From positions 1 through 64,000 of the forward strand of contig JBCCQQ010000004.1 of NCBI GenBank assembly GCA_039024555.1: 64,000 bases of DNA, written 5' to 3'. Below, in pieces: positions 50,734 through 61,312 of the stretch. Source of the DNA: Cyanobacteria bacterium P01_D01_bin.156. GTDB lineage: Bacteria > Cyanobacteriota > Cyanobacteriia > Phormidesmidales > Phormidesmidaceae. The notes below the pieces were generated by a model. That model was not told where the DNA came from. It worked only from the letters and a program-made list of their open reading frames with translations, and made no database searches. Position 1 is the stretch's first letter. The number at the start of each line of letters is the position of its first letter. The translations under genes were made by a program, and so were the position numbers.

Positions 50734-52329
50734 ATGACTGTAACTTCACCTGATTCACCTCTTGTAGTAGAGGCTAGTCCGCCACCTATTGCCCAGTCGG
50801 GGCCAACAGCGTGGCTACGTAAGCATCTGTTTAATACTTGGTACAACTCTCTGCTAACAGTCATCTTAGGCGGCTTGATGCTGTTGGTATTGTGGGGAAT
50901 GTTTAACTGGGCCTTTCAAGTTGCCCAGTGGGCGGTGGTTCCTAATAACCTAGCCCTGTTTATGTCCGGTCTCTATCCCTCAGAAATCTATTCACGGATT
51001 TGGGCCATTCTGGGTGTCAACGTGGCCATGGGTGGAGTGACCTGGGGCATGTTAGCGCGCAATCAGGGCAAACTCTTTAGCCGTAATATCCTGATTGCGG
51101 TTGCCGTTATCTGTGCCGGGTTTATTATCTTGCCATTAACCCGCCCTTCATCTGTTACCTTGATTGGCTTGGTGGCCCTAGCTTTAGCTTGTGCTTGGGT
51201 CGGTAAAACCATCGGCCAACGTAAGCTGAATCTGAGTCAGTTTCTCTCGGCAGCCTGGTTTTTGGTTTACTCCATTTCCTTATTAATGCTGGCCGGTGGA
51301 GACATTCGCAACAGCCTAATCTTTTTAGTTGCAACTGTTGTCATAAGCATTTGGCTAGCGTCTACGGTGCTAAAGCTATTGGCCAACTCCTCTGTAATTG
51401 ATGCCATTAGTGAAAACATCGCTGGAATTTGGGCGATGCGGGTGCTCTGGTTTATCGGTAGCTTGGTTTTGTTCTTGCCCGTGTTTGGTTTTTTGAACAT
51501 TCCCCTACCCCTAAAGATTATTACCTTTGCCACCTACATTGCTTTTGTATCCCTGCTAGTGCCCATTTTGGCTGAGCGTAGGACCTTAACTACTTTTGTT
51601 GTAGGTGCTTCAGTCTTTGGTCTAGGTTGTTTTCTTTTATCTGCTATACCCGGTGCTTTCGGTGGTTTCTTTGGTCTCAAGCCGATCGGTACCAACAACT
51701 GGGGCGGTCTTACTCTGACCCTGTTTCTGGCCATCACAGGGATTACCCTTTGTTTCCCCATCGGTGTCTTGATGGCCTTGGGTCGACGTAGCAACTTGCC
51801 CATCATCAAAGGCCTATCCATTGCCTACATTGAGCTGATTCGTGGTGTACCGCTAATCTCAATTTTGTTTATGGGTCAGGTCATGATTCCGTTGTTCTTA
51901 CCCGAAGGTGTGCGACCTGACAATATTGTTCGTGCCATTGTAGGTCTTACATTATTCAGTTCAGCTTACTTGGCAGAGAACGTGCGGGCAGGTTTACAAG
52001 CTATTCCACGCGGGCAGGTTGAAGCAGCGGCATCACTGGGGCTAAATAGTCCGCTAACGCTGTCTTTAATTGTGCTGCCTCAGGCACTAAAGGTTGCTAT
52101 CCCAGCGATTGTGGGTCAGTTTATTAGTCTTTTCCAGGACACCACCTTATTGGGAATTGTAGGTCTGGTGGAATTGTTGGGTATCAGTAACAGTATTTTG
52201 GCGAACCCCAAATACCTGGGAGATTACGCTGAGGTGTATCTGTTTATTGCAATGCTTTACTGGTTCTTCTGTTATGCCATGTCCTTAGGCAGTCGCCGGA
52301 TTGAGCGTGCTCTGCATACTGGACGTTAG
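50734..52329 (+). CDS. natH: Amino-acid ABC transporter permease (NatH/AapM)
   Basis: WGGL.LTL, ALGRRS.LP, RGVPLI, AENVRAGLQAIP.GQ.EAA, QDT.L. Confidence 0.9.
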   Translation: MTVTSPDSPLVVEASPPPIAQSGPTAWLRKHLFNTWYNSLLTVILGGLMLLVLWGMFNWAFQVAQWAVVPNNLALFMSGLYPSEIYSRIWAILGVNVAMGGVTWGMLARNQGKLFSRNILIAVAVICAGFIILPLTRPSSVTLIGLVALALACAWVGKTIGQRKLNLSQFLSAAWFLVYSISLLMLAGGDIRNSLIFLVATVVISIWLASTVLKLLANSSVIDAISENIAGIWAMRVLWFIGSLVLFLPVFGFLNIPLPLKIITFATYIAFVSLLVPILAERRTLTTFVVGASVFGLGCFLLSAIPGAFGGFFGLKPIGTNNWGGLTLTLFLAITGITLCFPIGVLMALGRRSNLPIIKGLSIAYIELIRGVPLISILFMGQVMIPLFLPEGVRPDNIVRAIVGLTLFSSAYLAENVRAGLQAIPRGQVEAAASLGLNSPLTLSLIVLPQALKVAIPAIVGQFISLFQDTTLLGIVGLVELLGISNSILANPKYLGDYAEVYLFIAMLYWFFCYAMSLGSRRIERALHTGR

Positions 52330-52369
52330 CCCCCTCCGCCTACGGCACCTCCCCCTTCTTAGGGGAGGA
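52330..52369. repeat. REP/RIME-like palindromic element
   Basis: ccccctccgcc-tac-ggcacctcccc-cttctta-ggggagg double-hairpin form. Confidence 0.5.
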
Positions 52370-52517
52370 CGTCTTGCAAAATGCTTCAAGTTTAATAATT
52401 GATTTACCTTCCAGTCCTTTCGATCGATGTTAAATCCCGTGTCGCATCTAACAGTGACACGGGTTGTAGATGCCAAAATAGTCATGGGGTGCTGCCCCAC
52501 CATTAGGAACCTGAACA

Positions 52518-53303
52518 ATGACTCAAGTGGATATGTCTGTGGCTAATCAGTCCAACGGTAGTACTGGTGATGAGGCGGTAATTGTCGCTACTGATGTGGA
52601 AAAGTGGTATGACAATGGCTTTAATGTGCTCAAAGGTGTCAGCCTGAATGTATACAAGGGTGAAGTGGTCGTGGTTATGGGACCTTCGGGTTCTGGTAAG
52701 TCTACGTTTATCCGTACGTTTAATGCGCTAGAGCCTTATCAGAAGGGCAGCATTGTCATTGATGGGATTGAGATTTCCCACGACCTTAAGAATATTGAGG
52801 AGATTCGTCGAGAAGTGGGCATGGTGTTCCAGCAGTTTAATTTGTTTCCTCACCTGTCGGTATTGCAGAATGTTACCCTAGCTCCGATTTGGGTACGGAA
52901 GCAAAAGAAGCGGGAAGCGGAAGAGATTGCCATGCAGCTTTTGGAGCGTGTGGGCATTGCAGAGCAGGCGCATAAGTTTCCGGGGCAAATGTCCGGTGGT
53001 CAGCAGCAGCGTGTTGCGATCGCACGTTCTTTGGCGATGCAGCCTAAGATTATGCTGTTTGATGAGCCGACATCTGCATTAGACCCTGAGATGGTGCGAG
53101 AAGTGCTGGATGTAATGCGGGGTCTGGCAAGTACGGGTATGACGATGGTGTGTGTAACTCACGAGGTTGGGTTTGCCCGTGAGGTAGCTGACCGAGTGGT
53201 ACTCATGGATGGTGGTGTTCTGGTGGAAGAAAATACACCGGATGACTTCTTTAACAATCCTCAAGAAGAGCGTTCTCAGAAGTTCTTGTCGCAGATTTTG
53301 TAA
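52518..53303 (+). CDS. Polar amino-acid ABC transporter ATP-binding protein (BgtA/AapP-like)
   Basis: [41 protein letters not shown]. Confidence 0.95.
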   Translation: MTQVDMSVANQSNGSTGDEAVIVATDVEKWYDNGFNVLKGVSLNVYKGEVVVVMGPSGSGKSTFIRTFNALEPYQKGSIVIDGIEISHDLKNIEEIRREVGMVFQQFNLFPHLSVLQNVTLAPIWVRKQKKREAEEIAMQLLERVGIAEQAHKFPGQMSGGQQQRVAIARSLAMQPKIMLFDEPTSALDPEMVREVLDVMRGLASTGMTMVCVTHEVGFAREVADRVVLMDGGVLVEENTPDDFFNNPQEERSQKFLSQIL

Positions 53304-53731
53304 GGTTTTGTGAGCAAAGCTTAGCGCATAATTTCTTGAAGACGGGTTAACTGGATAATCCGTCTCTATGTTTCTTATAGGCCGACTTAAGAAGTTGTCA
53401 AATCTCATCGCTTTCAACTTTAAAGCCATGGCTAGCGAGACAGCCATGGCACAGCTTTCTGAACACACTTATCTTCCTGCCTAAAGGCGTGCAATAAGCT
53501 TTGCAGTAATTGCGTATGCTTAGTCAGCGTTGAGCTAATCGTTGAGCCTAAATCTGGAAAAATCAGCTCTCTACTATAGCGTTTATCTAAGTGAATTGCT
53601 GTTTCGGAAAAAACATATTTTCGTGCCTAACTGTGCGTAAATACATGTACTACAAAAGATGGGTGCTAGCAAAAGGCTAGTACTTATCTACAGTTCTTGC
53701 CAAGTAGCTGTTTTTCCATGGCAATGCTTTT

Positions 53732-54192
53732 ATGAATATTGGTAGGATTAAGGCCCTAATGCTGAGCTTAGGGACATTGATTGTGAATGGTGTTTGTATT
53801 GCCCCTAATGCCTTAGCACAATCAGAGACTTTGTTTGAGAGGGGCGAAGCTTTAGGTCAGAATAATTCGACTTTAATTCCTGGTGTTTATTACAGACGCT
53901 CGTATATCAGCATTCATCAGTATGGAGACCGCATTTGCTACACGGGTGGCAATATAAGAAGCAGCACAGTAGCTTCTGTTGAGGCAGATCCCGAGCAGTC
54001 GGGTGTTATATGATCAATGGATTTGATATAGAGGCAAAGCTTTTTCAAGTTGACGCGAATACGCTTTTCTTTGGTGGAGCAGAGTATGAAAGGATTCAAG
54101 ATGTCGGCTCCTTTGAGGATGTTAGATCTGATGTACAGACTTGTTTGAGTTCACAAGAGCCCTTTTTTAATCAAGAGTTTTTTGATAACTAA
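53732..54192 (+). pseudogene. Secreted hypothetical protein split by an apparent 1-nt frameshift (ORFs 53732-54013 and 54010-54192)
   Basis: Signal peptide ending ALA-Q; adding one T at about 54005 (GGT GTT TAT ATG ATC AAT) joins both ORFs into a ~153-aa protein. Confidence 0.55.
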
Positions 54193-54217
54193 GTGGTCCT
54201 AACTGATTATCTGAGCT

Positions 54218-54730
54218 ATGAAAAAGTCTGCTAGTGTTTCTATTTTTCTGTCTTCTATCTCTGCCTTACTGACAGGTGCGTTGTTTACACCAGCTTTCAG
54301 TAGTGCCATCTATATAAGCGAGCAAGCAACTTCTGGAATTAAACAGTCAACTGGTATTCAGCAGCAATGTAGCACGACCTTGCGTACAGCTGTTAGACGC
54401 ATTGAAGAGGTTAAAAATGTCAGTGTAGTTGGCGTGTATGACCAGGATATCTCCACGATGTATGTTGACTCTCCGGCTAATGCACCCGTCAGTGTCACCA
54501 TCAGTATGACAGGTAGCAGAGCTCCAAACATAATGGCGTCTCCTCAGCTGTTGACTTCTATCGCCACTCAAATCATTACTGAGTGTCAGCCTGTTAGCTT
54601 GGTGATTATCGGAGAAAATCGATCAGATAACTATGGTGTTTTTGGTTTGATGGATGGAGAGGTTGTTGTGTTCCGTGAATGTGGAAGCGACATGGGACCA
54701 TTGAACTGGGGCGAGGTTGGCTGTCTTTAA
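54218..54730 (+). CDS. Secreted hypothetical protein
   Basis: Signal peptide (MKK...TPAFS); four Cys. Confidence 0.7.
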   Translation: MKKSASVSIFLSSISALLTGALFTPAFSSAIYISEQATSGIKQSTGIQQQCSTTLRTAVRRIEEVKNVSVVGVYDQDISTMYVDSPANAPVSVTISMTGSRAPNIMASPQLLTSIATQIITECQPVSLVIIGENRSDNYGVFGLMDGEVVVFRECGSDMGPLNWGEVGCL

Positions 54731-54751
54731 TTCGAAGAAATTGGCTTGTGA

Positions 54752-56752
54752 GTGATGTTAAATCGGCTTAGATTTCTAGCAATTTTTTTGAGTACTTGTC
54801 TGGCAGTGGTAATGCTTCCACTGTTTAGGCGGGTGTTTTCCTTGATATTGTGTGGACTACTGTTTGCAAATTCGTCGCTTTGCTATGACTTACTGGGTAA
54901 TGACATTACTAAAGCCGCTTTTTCTGGCTTAGAAGAGGCTGATGTATCGGAAATTACAGAAATTACACCAGATAACGGACAAGAAATTGCCATACCCCCC
55001 ATCATTAGACCGCCTTCAGCAGAACTGCCAAGCTTTATTCCAGATGATTTTGTAGTTTCTCGACAAACTCCTTATGATTCTGGGCGTAATGAAATTGTAG
55101 TCACATCTCCTTCTACGGATACGACACAGCGCTTTTGGGTAAGCTTGCCTGGAGAAGAATTTCAACTGTATGAGGTGGAGCTTACTGATGTATCAGTAAA
55201 TAACGCTGAACAAATAGTTTCGTCGGTTGATGCACAGACAACTTCAGCTGAGGTTGCACAGCGACTGCAAAGCTTCAAAGCCAACTTTGAGAATAGTGTG
55301 CTTTCAGAAATTACTTTGGCAGATGGTACTAAAGCTGAGTTTTCTGAAACTCAAGTCACCATTAGGCAGCCTGATGGTCGAGCAGTAGAAACGATCATAA
55401 AAAGCCAGAGTGATCGAAACACTGATACGGAAATAGCTCACAAGAACCAGCAGAAATTTAATAAATTGATCGCGCAGGCAAACTCTTCTTGTGAGAGTAA
55501 CACTGCGAAAGAAATTGTTAAGGAAGCTACCGATATCGAACAATGGTCAACTGCTATTGCAGCTGAATGGTCATCTGATCTTTCATGGCAAGATGCGCTA
55601 GCTACAAGGCTAATTTACCAAGCATCTGCTGCACTTGCACATACACTTAAGGAAGCAACTTCCGGTAGCGTCGCTCTACAGAAAGTTACTTGTAAAGAAC
55701 CTGTACAGTGTGGCTTCAGGAGAGATACACGAGCTGAAGGCATCAGTGGTAGCCAGATCATTACTGATTTGTTTCGAGTACCGTCCGGTGCGGAAGGGGA
55801 TTTCAAGCTTGAATACGAATTTTTTCAGGTGCCTGATCGACTCGAAATTTCATACAATGGAGAAATTAAGCACGATTTTGGCCCAACTGGAGGGTCAGGA
55901 GAGCAATCGTTTTCTCTTTCGCAAGTAACTCAAGGATTTGTGGGCATACGTGTAATTGGAAATCCTGACCAAAGTACCGAATGGTGGTACGAAATTGCAT
56001 GTTCATGCCCAACTGAGCTTGACTCTACAGACGATCCAGTTGCAAATACTCAGTCAGACTGGGCACGTATTCTGAACATAACTAACCAGTACTATCAAAA
56101 CAATTCAAGCAATTCTGCTGTTTCTGCTTTCGCATATCAAATGAGAACTTTAGCAAATGGTTCGCATAACAAGAGAAAAGAAGTAGGAGGATGGGCAGGG
56201 GATTTCACCAGAAATACATTGTTAGAAGCAGTGAATGATATTGATGCTAATGAGGTTTTTTGGCAGAATCCTCCCGAAACTGGCATTAGCTTTTGGGAGT
56301 CCCAGTTTGGCTATTATTGCGATAATGCTCCTGACATTGACATAACAGACCCAAACAACAACAGTCTAAGTGAACATGACTGTGGTTTTGCAAGATCTGG
56401 AGAGCATCACTTTGATAGGCATTTAGTTCCCGCGTTCAAGAAGCACGTAAGCTCTACTTTGTTACCTATCGTGGAAAATAATTGTTTAGAAGATAAAGTA
56501 TCTGAAATACTGAGCGCTCTAAATGAACTTGAGTCAGAACATTCTCTACTCCTGAATTCTGTTCTTGTTCCTGGTTTAGATACTATTCCAGGAGTTTCAC
56601 TAGCTTTAAGATACTTTGCCGCATCAGGTATTCCTGAGAGAGCAATAGACCTTAGGGAAAATACTATTCAAGAAGTTTTGAAAGATTTTTTGTCTCAGGG
56701 AAAGATATCCCAAAAAGATTTCTCAGAGCTAGAATCAACGCTCGATTTCTAG
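54752..56752 (+). CDS. Large exported hypothetical protein (666 aa)
   Basis: Double hydrophobic N-terminal leader, central beta-rich module (LEYEFFQVPDRLEISYNG...W.Y...C), unrecognised C-terminal domain. Confidence 0.75.
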   Translation: MMLNRLRFLAIFLSTCLAVVMLPLFRRVFSLILCGLLFANSSLCYDLLGNDITKAAFSGLEEADVSEITEITPDNGQEIAIPPIIRPPSAELPSFIPDDFVVSRQTPYDSGRNEIVVTSPSTDTTQRFWVSLPGEEFQLYEVELTDVSVNNAEQIVSSVDAQTTSAEVAQRLQSFKANFENSVLSEITLADGTKAEFSETQVTIRQPDGRAVETIIKSQSDRNTDTEIAHKNQQKFNKLIAQANSSCESNTAKEIVKEATDIEQWSTAIAAEWSSDLSWQDALATRLIYQASAALAHTLKEATSGSVALQKVTCKEPVQCGFRRDTRAEGISGSQIITDLFRVPSGAEGDFKLEYEFFQVPDRLEISYNGEIKHDFGPTGGSGEQSFSLSQVTQGFVGIRVIGNPDQSTEWWYEIACSCPTELDSTDDPVANTQSDWARILNITNQYYQNNSSNSAVSAFAYQMRTLANGSHNKRKEVGGWAGDFTRNTLLEAVNDIDANEVFWQNPPETGISFWESQFGYYCDNAPDIDITDPNNNSLSEHDCGFARSGEHHFDRHLVPAFKKHVSSTLLPIVENNCLEDKVSEILSALNELESEHSLLLNSVLVPGLDTIPGVSLALRYFAASGIPERAIDLRENTIQEVLKDFLSQGKISQKDFSELESTLDF

Positions 56753-56821
56753 CTCTATTTTCTGCAAGGTAACTTTAGGAAAGCTCCATATCATTTGGTT
56801 AACTCTAACTCAAATAAAACA

Positions 56822-58246
56822 ATGAATATCATTAGAAAGTTTTCTGTAGTAGCTTTTCTGGCGTTCGTAGTCACAATAATCCTGCAAGGTGTATTGCATA
56901 ACAGTTATCTTTTGGCACAGTCAGACTGTGCCAGTAAGGTGATTCAAGCAGACCGACTTTATGCAGAGGGAGACCGCACTGCTGCCGAGCAACTCTACCG
57001 CCAATGCAAGCAACCTTTCGCCTCACAAGACCTCGCAACCTACTTTCCTGAACCCATCACCGATCCAACTCAACTTCGCCCCGGTGCTCAGGTCTACTGG
57101 AGAGAAGCCCAACAAGGTCTAGAACGCGGTCAAGAAAGTCGAACGATGACAGCATTAAACCTGCTGACTGAGCAAGCACCTGATTTTGTACCGGCCTACC
57201 CTTTACTTGCCCAAGCACTCACCGAGTATGACCGTGCTGAAGAAGCACAAGCCGTTCTAGAGCAAGCCGCCACACTGTTTCCCTACGATGCCGACATTGC
57301 CAGAGCTAGAACGGAAGCTCTCAGCGAAGCGGGCTATCCAATGGAAGCCTCCATGGCCGCAAGGCTGTTCTCAATGGTTAATCCTAGTCATCCTGAGAAA
57401 GATGAGTTTGTCGCCATGGCGGATGAAAACTTGGATGACTTCAAGAAAGATATCAGACGAGAATATATGACAACAGGCATTTTAGGTGCTGTGGGTAATT
57501 TGGTGTTTGGTGGTGGTGATCTTCTTTCCAATGCTCTAGACTCTGCTAGTTTTGCCGCTATGCTCTTCGAAGGTGAAGAAGAAACAGGCAATCGGTTGGC
57601 CGCTGCCACAGTCGAAGACGCTCAAGCCAATAACGTTCTCGTCGAAGATCCGGTAGTGCTTGAATATGTCAGTACGATGGGACAAGACATTGCCGACCAA
57701 ATGGGTCGTGATGAGTTTGACTATGAGTTCCACGTCATCGCTGATGACAGCATCAACGCCTTTGCATTACCTGGTGGCAAAGTGTTTATAAATACAGGAG
57801 CCATCCTTGCTGCGAACTCTGAAGCAGAATTAGCAGGACTCGTAGCTCATGAAGTTGCTCATGCCGTTCTGTCCCATGGCTACCAGCGTTTAGCTACCAA
57901 CGGTTTACTTAGCGTTGCACAACAAGCGCTTCCTTTAGGGAATTTAGTCGGCTTGGCTTCCCTTGACTTTAGCCGCGACAACGAAAAGCAAGCTGATATT
58001 TTAGGTACTCGTGCTATCGCTGGTTTTGGTTATGCAGCTGACGGTTTGCGAAACCTGTTTGCGACTCTCAACGAGCGCAGCAGTTCTAGCCAACCTGAAT
58101 ATTTATCCACACATCCAGCACCGCCCAGCCGAGTTAGCTACCTTGAAGCGCTGATTCAACAGAATAGCTACAACCGCTATGCCTACGAGGGAGTTGAAGC
58201 ACATGCTCGTATTCAGAAAAGAATTCAAGAGCTTTCTGTTCAATAG
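56822..58246 (+). CDS. M48 family metallopeptidase with TPR-like N-terminus
   Basis: INAFALPGG, ELAG..AHEVAH (HExxH), E..AD..G, STHP...R; signal peptide. Confidence 0.9.
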   Translation: MNIIRKFSVVAFLAFVVTIILQGVLHNSYLLAQSDCASKVIQADRLYAEGDRTAAEQLYRQCKQPFASQDLATYFPEPITDPTQLRPGAQVYWREAQQGLERGQESRTMTALNLLTEQAPDFVPAYPLLAQALTEYDRAEEAQAVLEQAATLFPYDADIARARTEALSEAGYPMEASMAARLFSMVNPSHPEKDEFVAMADENLDDFKKDIRREYMTTGILGAVGNLVFGGGDLLSNALDSASFAAMLFEGEEETGNRLAAATVEDAQANNVLVEDPVVLEYVSTMGQDIADQMGRDEFDYEFHVIADDSINAFALPGGKVFINTGAILAANSEAELAGLVAHEVAHAVLSHGYQRLATNGLLSVAQQALPLGNLVGLASLDFSRDNEKQADILGTRAIAGFGYAADGLRNLFATLNERSSSSQPEYLSTHPAPPSRVSYLEALIQQNSYNRYAYEGVEAHARIQKRIQELSVQ

Positions 58247-58281
58247 CCTTATTTGATCTTGTCCTTTATTAAAAAAACAGC

Positions 58282-58719
58282 ATGAGTTACAGAAGACTAC
58301 TTACGAAGTCAAAGCTTCTTCTATTGCTAGCCTGTTGTTTGCTAGTTCCTTCTCTGAATAAAACTCAAGCTCAGACAAGTGATAGCTTCTTATGCTCAGA
58401 GAGAAACCTTATTACGCTTCTTGGTTTTACTACTGAAGAGTTCCATATTGCAATTTGCAAAAACTTCAATACTGACTATTACTATGTTGGGCAAAGTAGG
58501 CAAGATAGCAGCCAAGAAATTGTTTTACCAGTATCAGAAAGAAACAATCCTTTCATAGATGATCCCTGGATATTGAAAGCCCGTGACGGACAATATACTT
58601 ATCAAGTGGCCGAGTTTAATCCGTTTCAGGTGAATGGTTACGTTTCAATCTCTGTTTTCAAGAATGGAGAAAGAATCTACCATCGCATAACAGATTCATA
58701 CGTTAGATCTGATGAATAA
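58282..58719 (+). CDS. Secreted hypothetical protein
   Basis: Signal peptide ending TQA-Q; T..F.I.IC....YYYVG motif. Confidence 0.7.
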   Translation: MSYRRLLTKSKLLLLLACCLLVPSLNKTQAQTSDSFLCSERNLITLLGFTTEEFHIAICKNFNTDYYYVGQSRQDSSQEIVLPVSERNNPFIDDPWILKARDGQYTYQVAEFNPFQVNGYVSISVFKNGERIYHRITDSYVRSDE

Positions 58720-58732
58720 GGGATTAATTTAG

Positions 58733-58763
58733 CGCTTCTAAGGCTTAACAAACCTTAGAAGCG
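58733..58763. terminator. Hairpin between convergent genes
   Basis: cgcttctaagg...ccttagaagcg. Confidence 0.65.
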
Positions 58764-58778
58764 GCAACAGCGACTTTT

Positions 58779-61013
58779 CTAAACTGTTACTTCAGCCCGC
58801 ACTACCAACTTCTGAACCGCCTCAAACCTAGATTTTACCGTAGCCTCATCAGCCGACTGCGGTGCTGCAATCGGTGTCACCTGCACAGCACATGCCTTCA
58901 ACTCCGGCTCCAACGAAATCGGACACACTTCAGGGTGCGTCAACGCATTTACCTCCATGTTGTCGCCCCACAGAAACCCCCAATGCATCGGCATAAACAC
59001 CGTGCCGCGAGTAATATTCTGGGTAACCAACACCTTCAACTGAGCAAAACTTCGGGGTGACTTAACCTCTACCCAATCCCCCGACTGCAACTCCAACAGC
59101 TGTGCATCCCGAGGATTCACCTCTAGCAACGGCTCTGGATACTTTTTCGTGATTCTCTCAATTCGTCCCGTACGACTTTGCGTATGCCAGTGACCGTACA
59201 ACCGACCTGTTGTTAACACAAAGGGATAATCCTCATCCGGTGGTTCCGCTAAGCCCTTAATATGAAACGAACAGAACTTAGCGCGACCGTTGGGTGTAGC
59301 GAACTTATAATTCGTATATAGCCGCTTATCATGCTTGCCATAGGCAATAATGTCCGACTCTCCCGCTGGACAAGGCCACTGAATCGGCCCTTTTGCCAAC
59401 CGTTCATGGCTTAGCCCTGTAGCATCACATAGACGACCCGCTGTCAGAGAAATAAACTCGTCATAGACTTCGGCAGAAGTTTGCTGAGCAAACTGTTTTT
59501 CAAAGCCTAATCGACGACCCACTTCTGCAAAGATCTCCCAATCTGCTTTTGCCTCACCCACCGGATTACGAAATGCAGGACAGTAGGTAACAACCCGCTC
59601 AGAGTTGGTCATGGCCCCTGTTTTTTCACCCCACTGGGAAGCGGGCAACACTAAATGGGCAAAGGCGGCTGTCTCCGTCGGATAATAAGCATCCTGACAA
59701 ATGGTAAAGGGCGATTTGCGCAGCGCTGCCTGAGTCCGTTTAATGTCTGGCATGCTCACGGCAGGATTGGTCGCAGCTACCCAGAACACTCCCAGGTCTT
59801 CCTGCTCTAGGGCCAGCATCATATCCCACGCGGCTAAACCGGGTACTGGAGAAATACTTCCTTCTGGCACCTGCCATACTTTTTCTACTGTCTGACGATG
59901 CTCTGGATTTTTGACCAGTCTGTAACCAGGCAAAATATGGGCCAGCCCTCCAGCCTCACGTCCCCCCATAGCATTGGGTTGCCCGGTTAAGGAAAATGGT
60001 CCGGCACCAGGTTTACCAATGTTACCGGTCATCAAGTGGAGATTAATAATGGTGCGGCACTTAGCAGTTCCTTCTGAAGATTGGTTGATCCCCATGGACC
60101 ACATGGAAAGAACTCGTTCGGATTTACCCCACCACTCAGCGGCTTTCGCTAGCTCACTAAGGGTAATCCCACAAATCTCGGTTACCCGTTCAGGAGGATA
60201 GCTCTTTACGACCTGGGCATAGTCACTAAACCCATCCGTACAGGAATCAATAAAGCCGAGATCAATCCAGCCATGCTTTAACAACAGATATGCAATGCCA
60301 TTTAGCAGGGCAATATCAGTTCCAGGTTTAATGGCAAGGTGAAGATCGGCGACTTTGGCGGTATCCGTGTGGCGGGGGTCCACCACAATCATCTTCACCT
60401 TCCGGTTCTTTTTGTGGTGTTTTCTAAGGCGATTAAAAACAATCGGATGACAGTCGGCTGTGTTAGTTCCAATTAAGAATGCACAGTCGGTTTGTTCTAG
60501 GTCGTCATAACAGCTAGGAGGACCGTCCGAACCAAAGCTTTGGATATAGCCTGCCACTGCTGAAGACATACAAAGACGAGAGTTAGCATCAAAGTTATTG
60601 GTGCCTAAACATCCCTTCAACAATTTTTGAGCGGTGTAGTAATCTTCTGTTTGAAACTGCCCAGAGCCATACATGGCGATACCTTCTGGGCCTTTTTCAT
60701 CCAGTGTTTTTTGAATCTCGTAGATAATTCGTTCTAAAGCCTGCTCCCAGGAAACTCGCTGAAATGGCTGGTCGAGAGATTCTCTCATCATGGGATACAG
60801 TAATCGGCTTTTGTCGAGAGAGTCGCCGATGGTGCCACCCTTAATGCAGACCTGACCTTTACTGGATGGATGGCTGCGATCGCCCCGAGCCTGCCACACT
60901 GGGTTGCCCTGCTCATCACGGTTAACCGGGCGACCGGGGCGGGCTGGAGGCAGTACCTCTAAGCCACATCCAACACCACAGTAAGGGCACAGTGTTTTTG
61001 CTGTATCGGTCAT
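58779..61013 (-). CDS. narB: Ferredoxin-dependent assimilatory nitrate reductase
   Basis: CPYCGVGCG...C.KG 4Fe-4S motif, [25 protein letters not shown]...WHT; adjacent to nrtP. Confidence 0.96.
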   Translation of the reverse strand: MTDTAKTLCPYCGVGCGLEVLPPARPGRPVNRDEQGNPVWQARGDRSHPSSKGQVCIKGGTIGDSLDKSRLLYPMMRESLDQPFQRVSWEQALERIIYEIQKTLDEKGPEGIAMYGSGQFQTEDYYTAQKLLKGCLGTNNFDANSRLCMSSAVAGYIQSFGSDGPPSCYDDLEQTDCAFLIGTNTADCHPIVFNRLRKHHKKNRKVKMIVVDPRHTDTAKVADLHLAIKPGTDIALLNGIAYLLLKHGWIDLGFIDSCTDGFSDYAQVVKSYPPERVTEICGITLSELAKAAEWWGKSERVLSMWSMGINQSSEGTAKCRTIINLHLMTGNIGKPGAGPFSLTGQPNAMGGREAGGLAHILPGYRLVKNPEHRQTVEKVWQVPEGSISPVPGLAAWDMMLALEQEDLGVFWVAATNPAVSMPDIKRTQAALRKSPFTICQDAYYPTETAAFAHLVLPASQWGEKTGAMTNSERVVTYCPAFRNPVGEAKADWEIFAEVGRRLGFEKQFAQQTSAEVYDEFISLTAGRLCDATGLSHERLAKGPIQWPCPAGESDIIAYGKHDKRLYTNYKFATPNGRAKFCSFHIKGLAEPPDEDYPFVLTTGRLYGHWHTQSRTGRIERITKKYPEPLLEVNPRDAQLLELQSGDWVEVKSPRSFAQLKVLVTQNITRGTVFMPMHWGFLWGDNMEVNALTHPEVCPISLEPELKACAVQVTPIAAPQSADEATVKSRFEAVQKLVVRAEVTV

Positions 61014-61105
61014 AGATCGCATCCTCTATTCACCAAAAATCTGTTTCTATATAAATTCAAAAAACAAGGCGTATCACCTAATTAATTTTCAAACTTTAAG
61101 CACTT

Positions 61106-61147
61106 TGCCTTAGCCATGAATATCTACACAATAAAGTGGCTAAGGCA
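61106..61147. other. Intercistronic hairpin between nrtP and narB
   Basis: tgccttagcca...tggctaaggca (11-bp stem). Confidence 0.5.
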
Positions 61148-61312
61148 GAGCCTACCTTGATTAGAGCTCATAGTACAAAGACTATCCATACAATGCCTCA
61201 ATACCAACGGTAAATTTTATAAATTATCCCCCTTATACAGAAAAGGGGAGCGTTAACCGCCCCCCATCTGTTGAGTTGACATAAGTGCGATCGCTAAGCG
61301 ACCCAACAGTGT

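Larger units (their letters stand above)
1520..61294. repeat. HIP1 octamer GCGATCGC, dispersed (about 28 copies counted by eye)
   Basis: Examples near 1521, 2942, 5537, 8842, 14153, 23860, 33047, 44226, 53016, 61287. Confidence 0.9.

Noticed and set aside
53024..60875. HIP1 absence as proof of horizontal transfer
   Set aside because: A gap of similar size (about 46.3-53.0 kb) covers native nat genes, so it is weak evidence alone.
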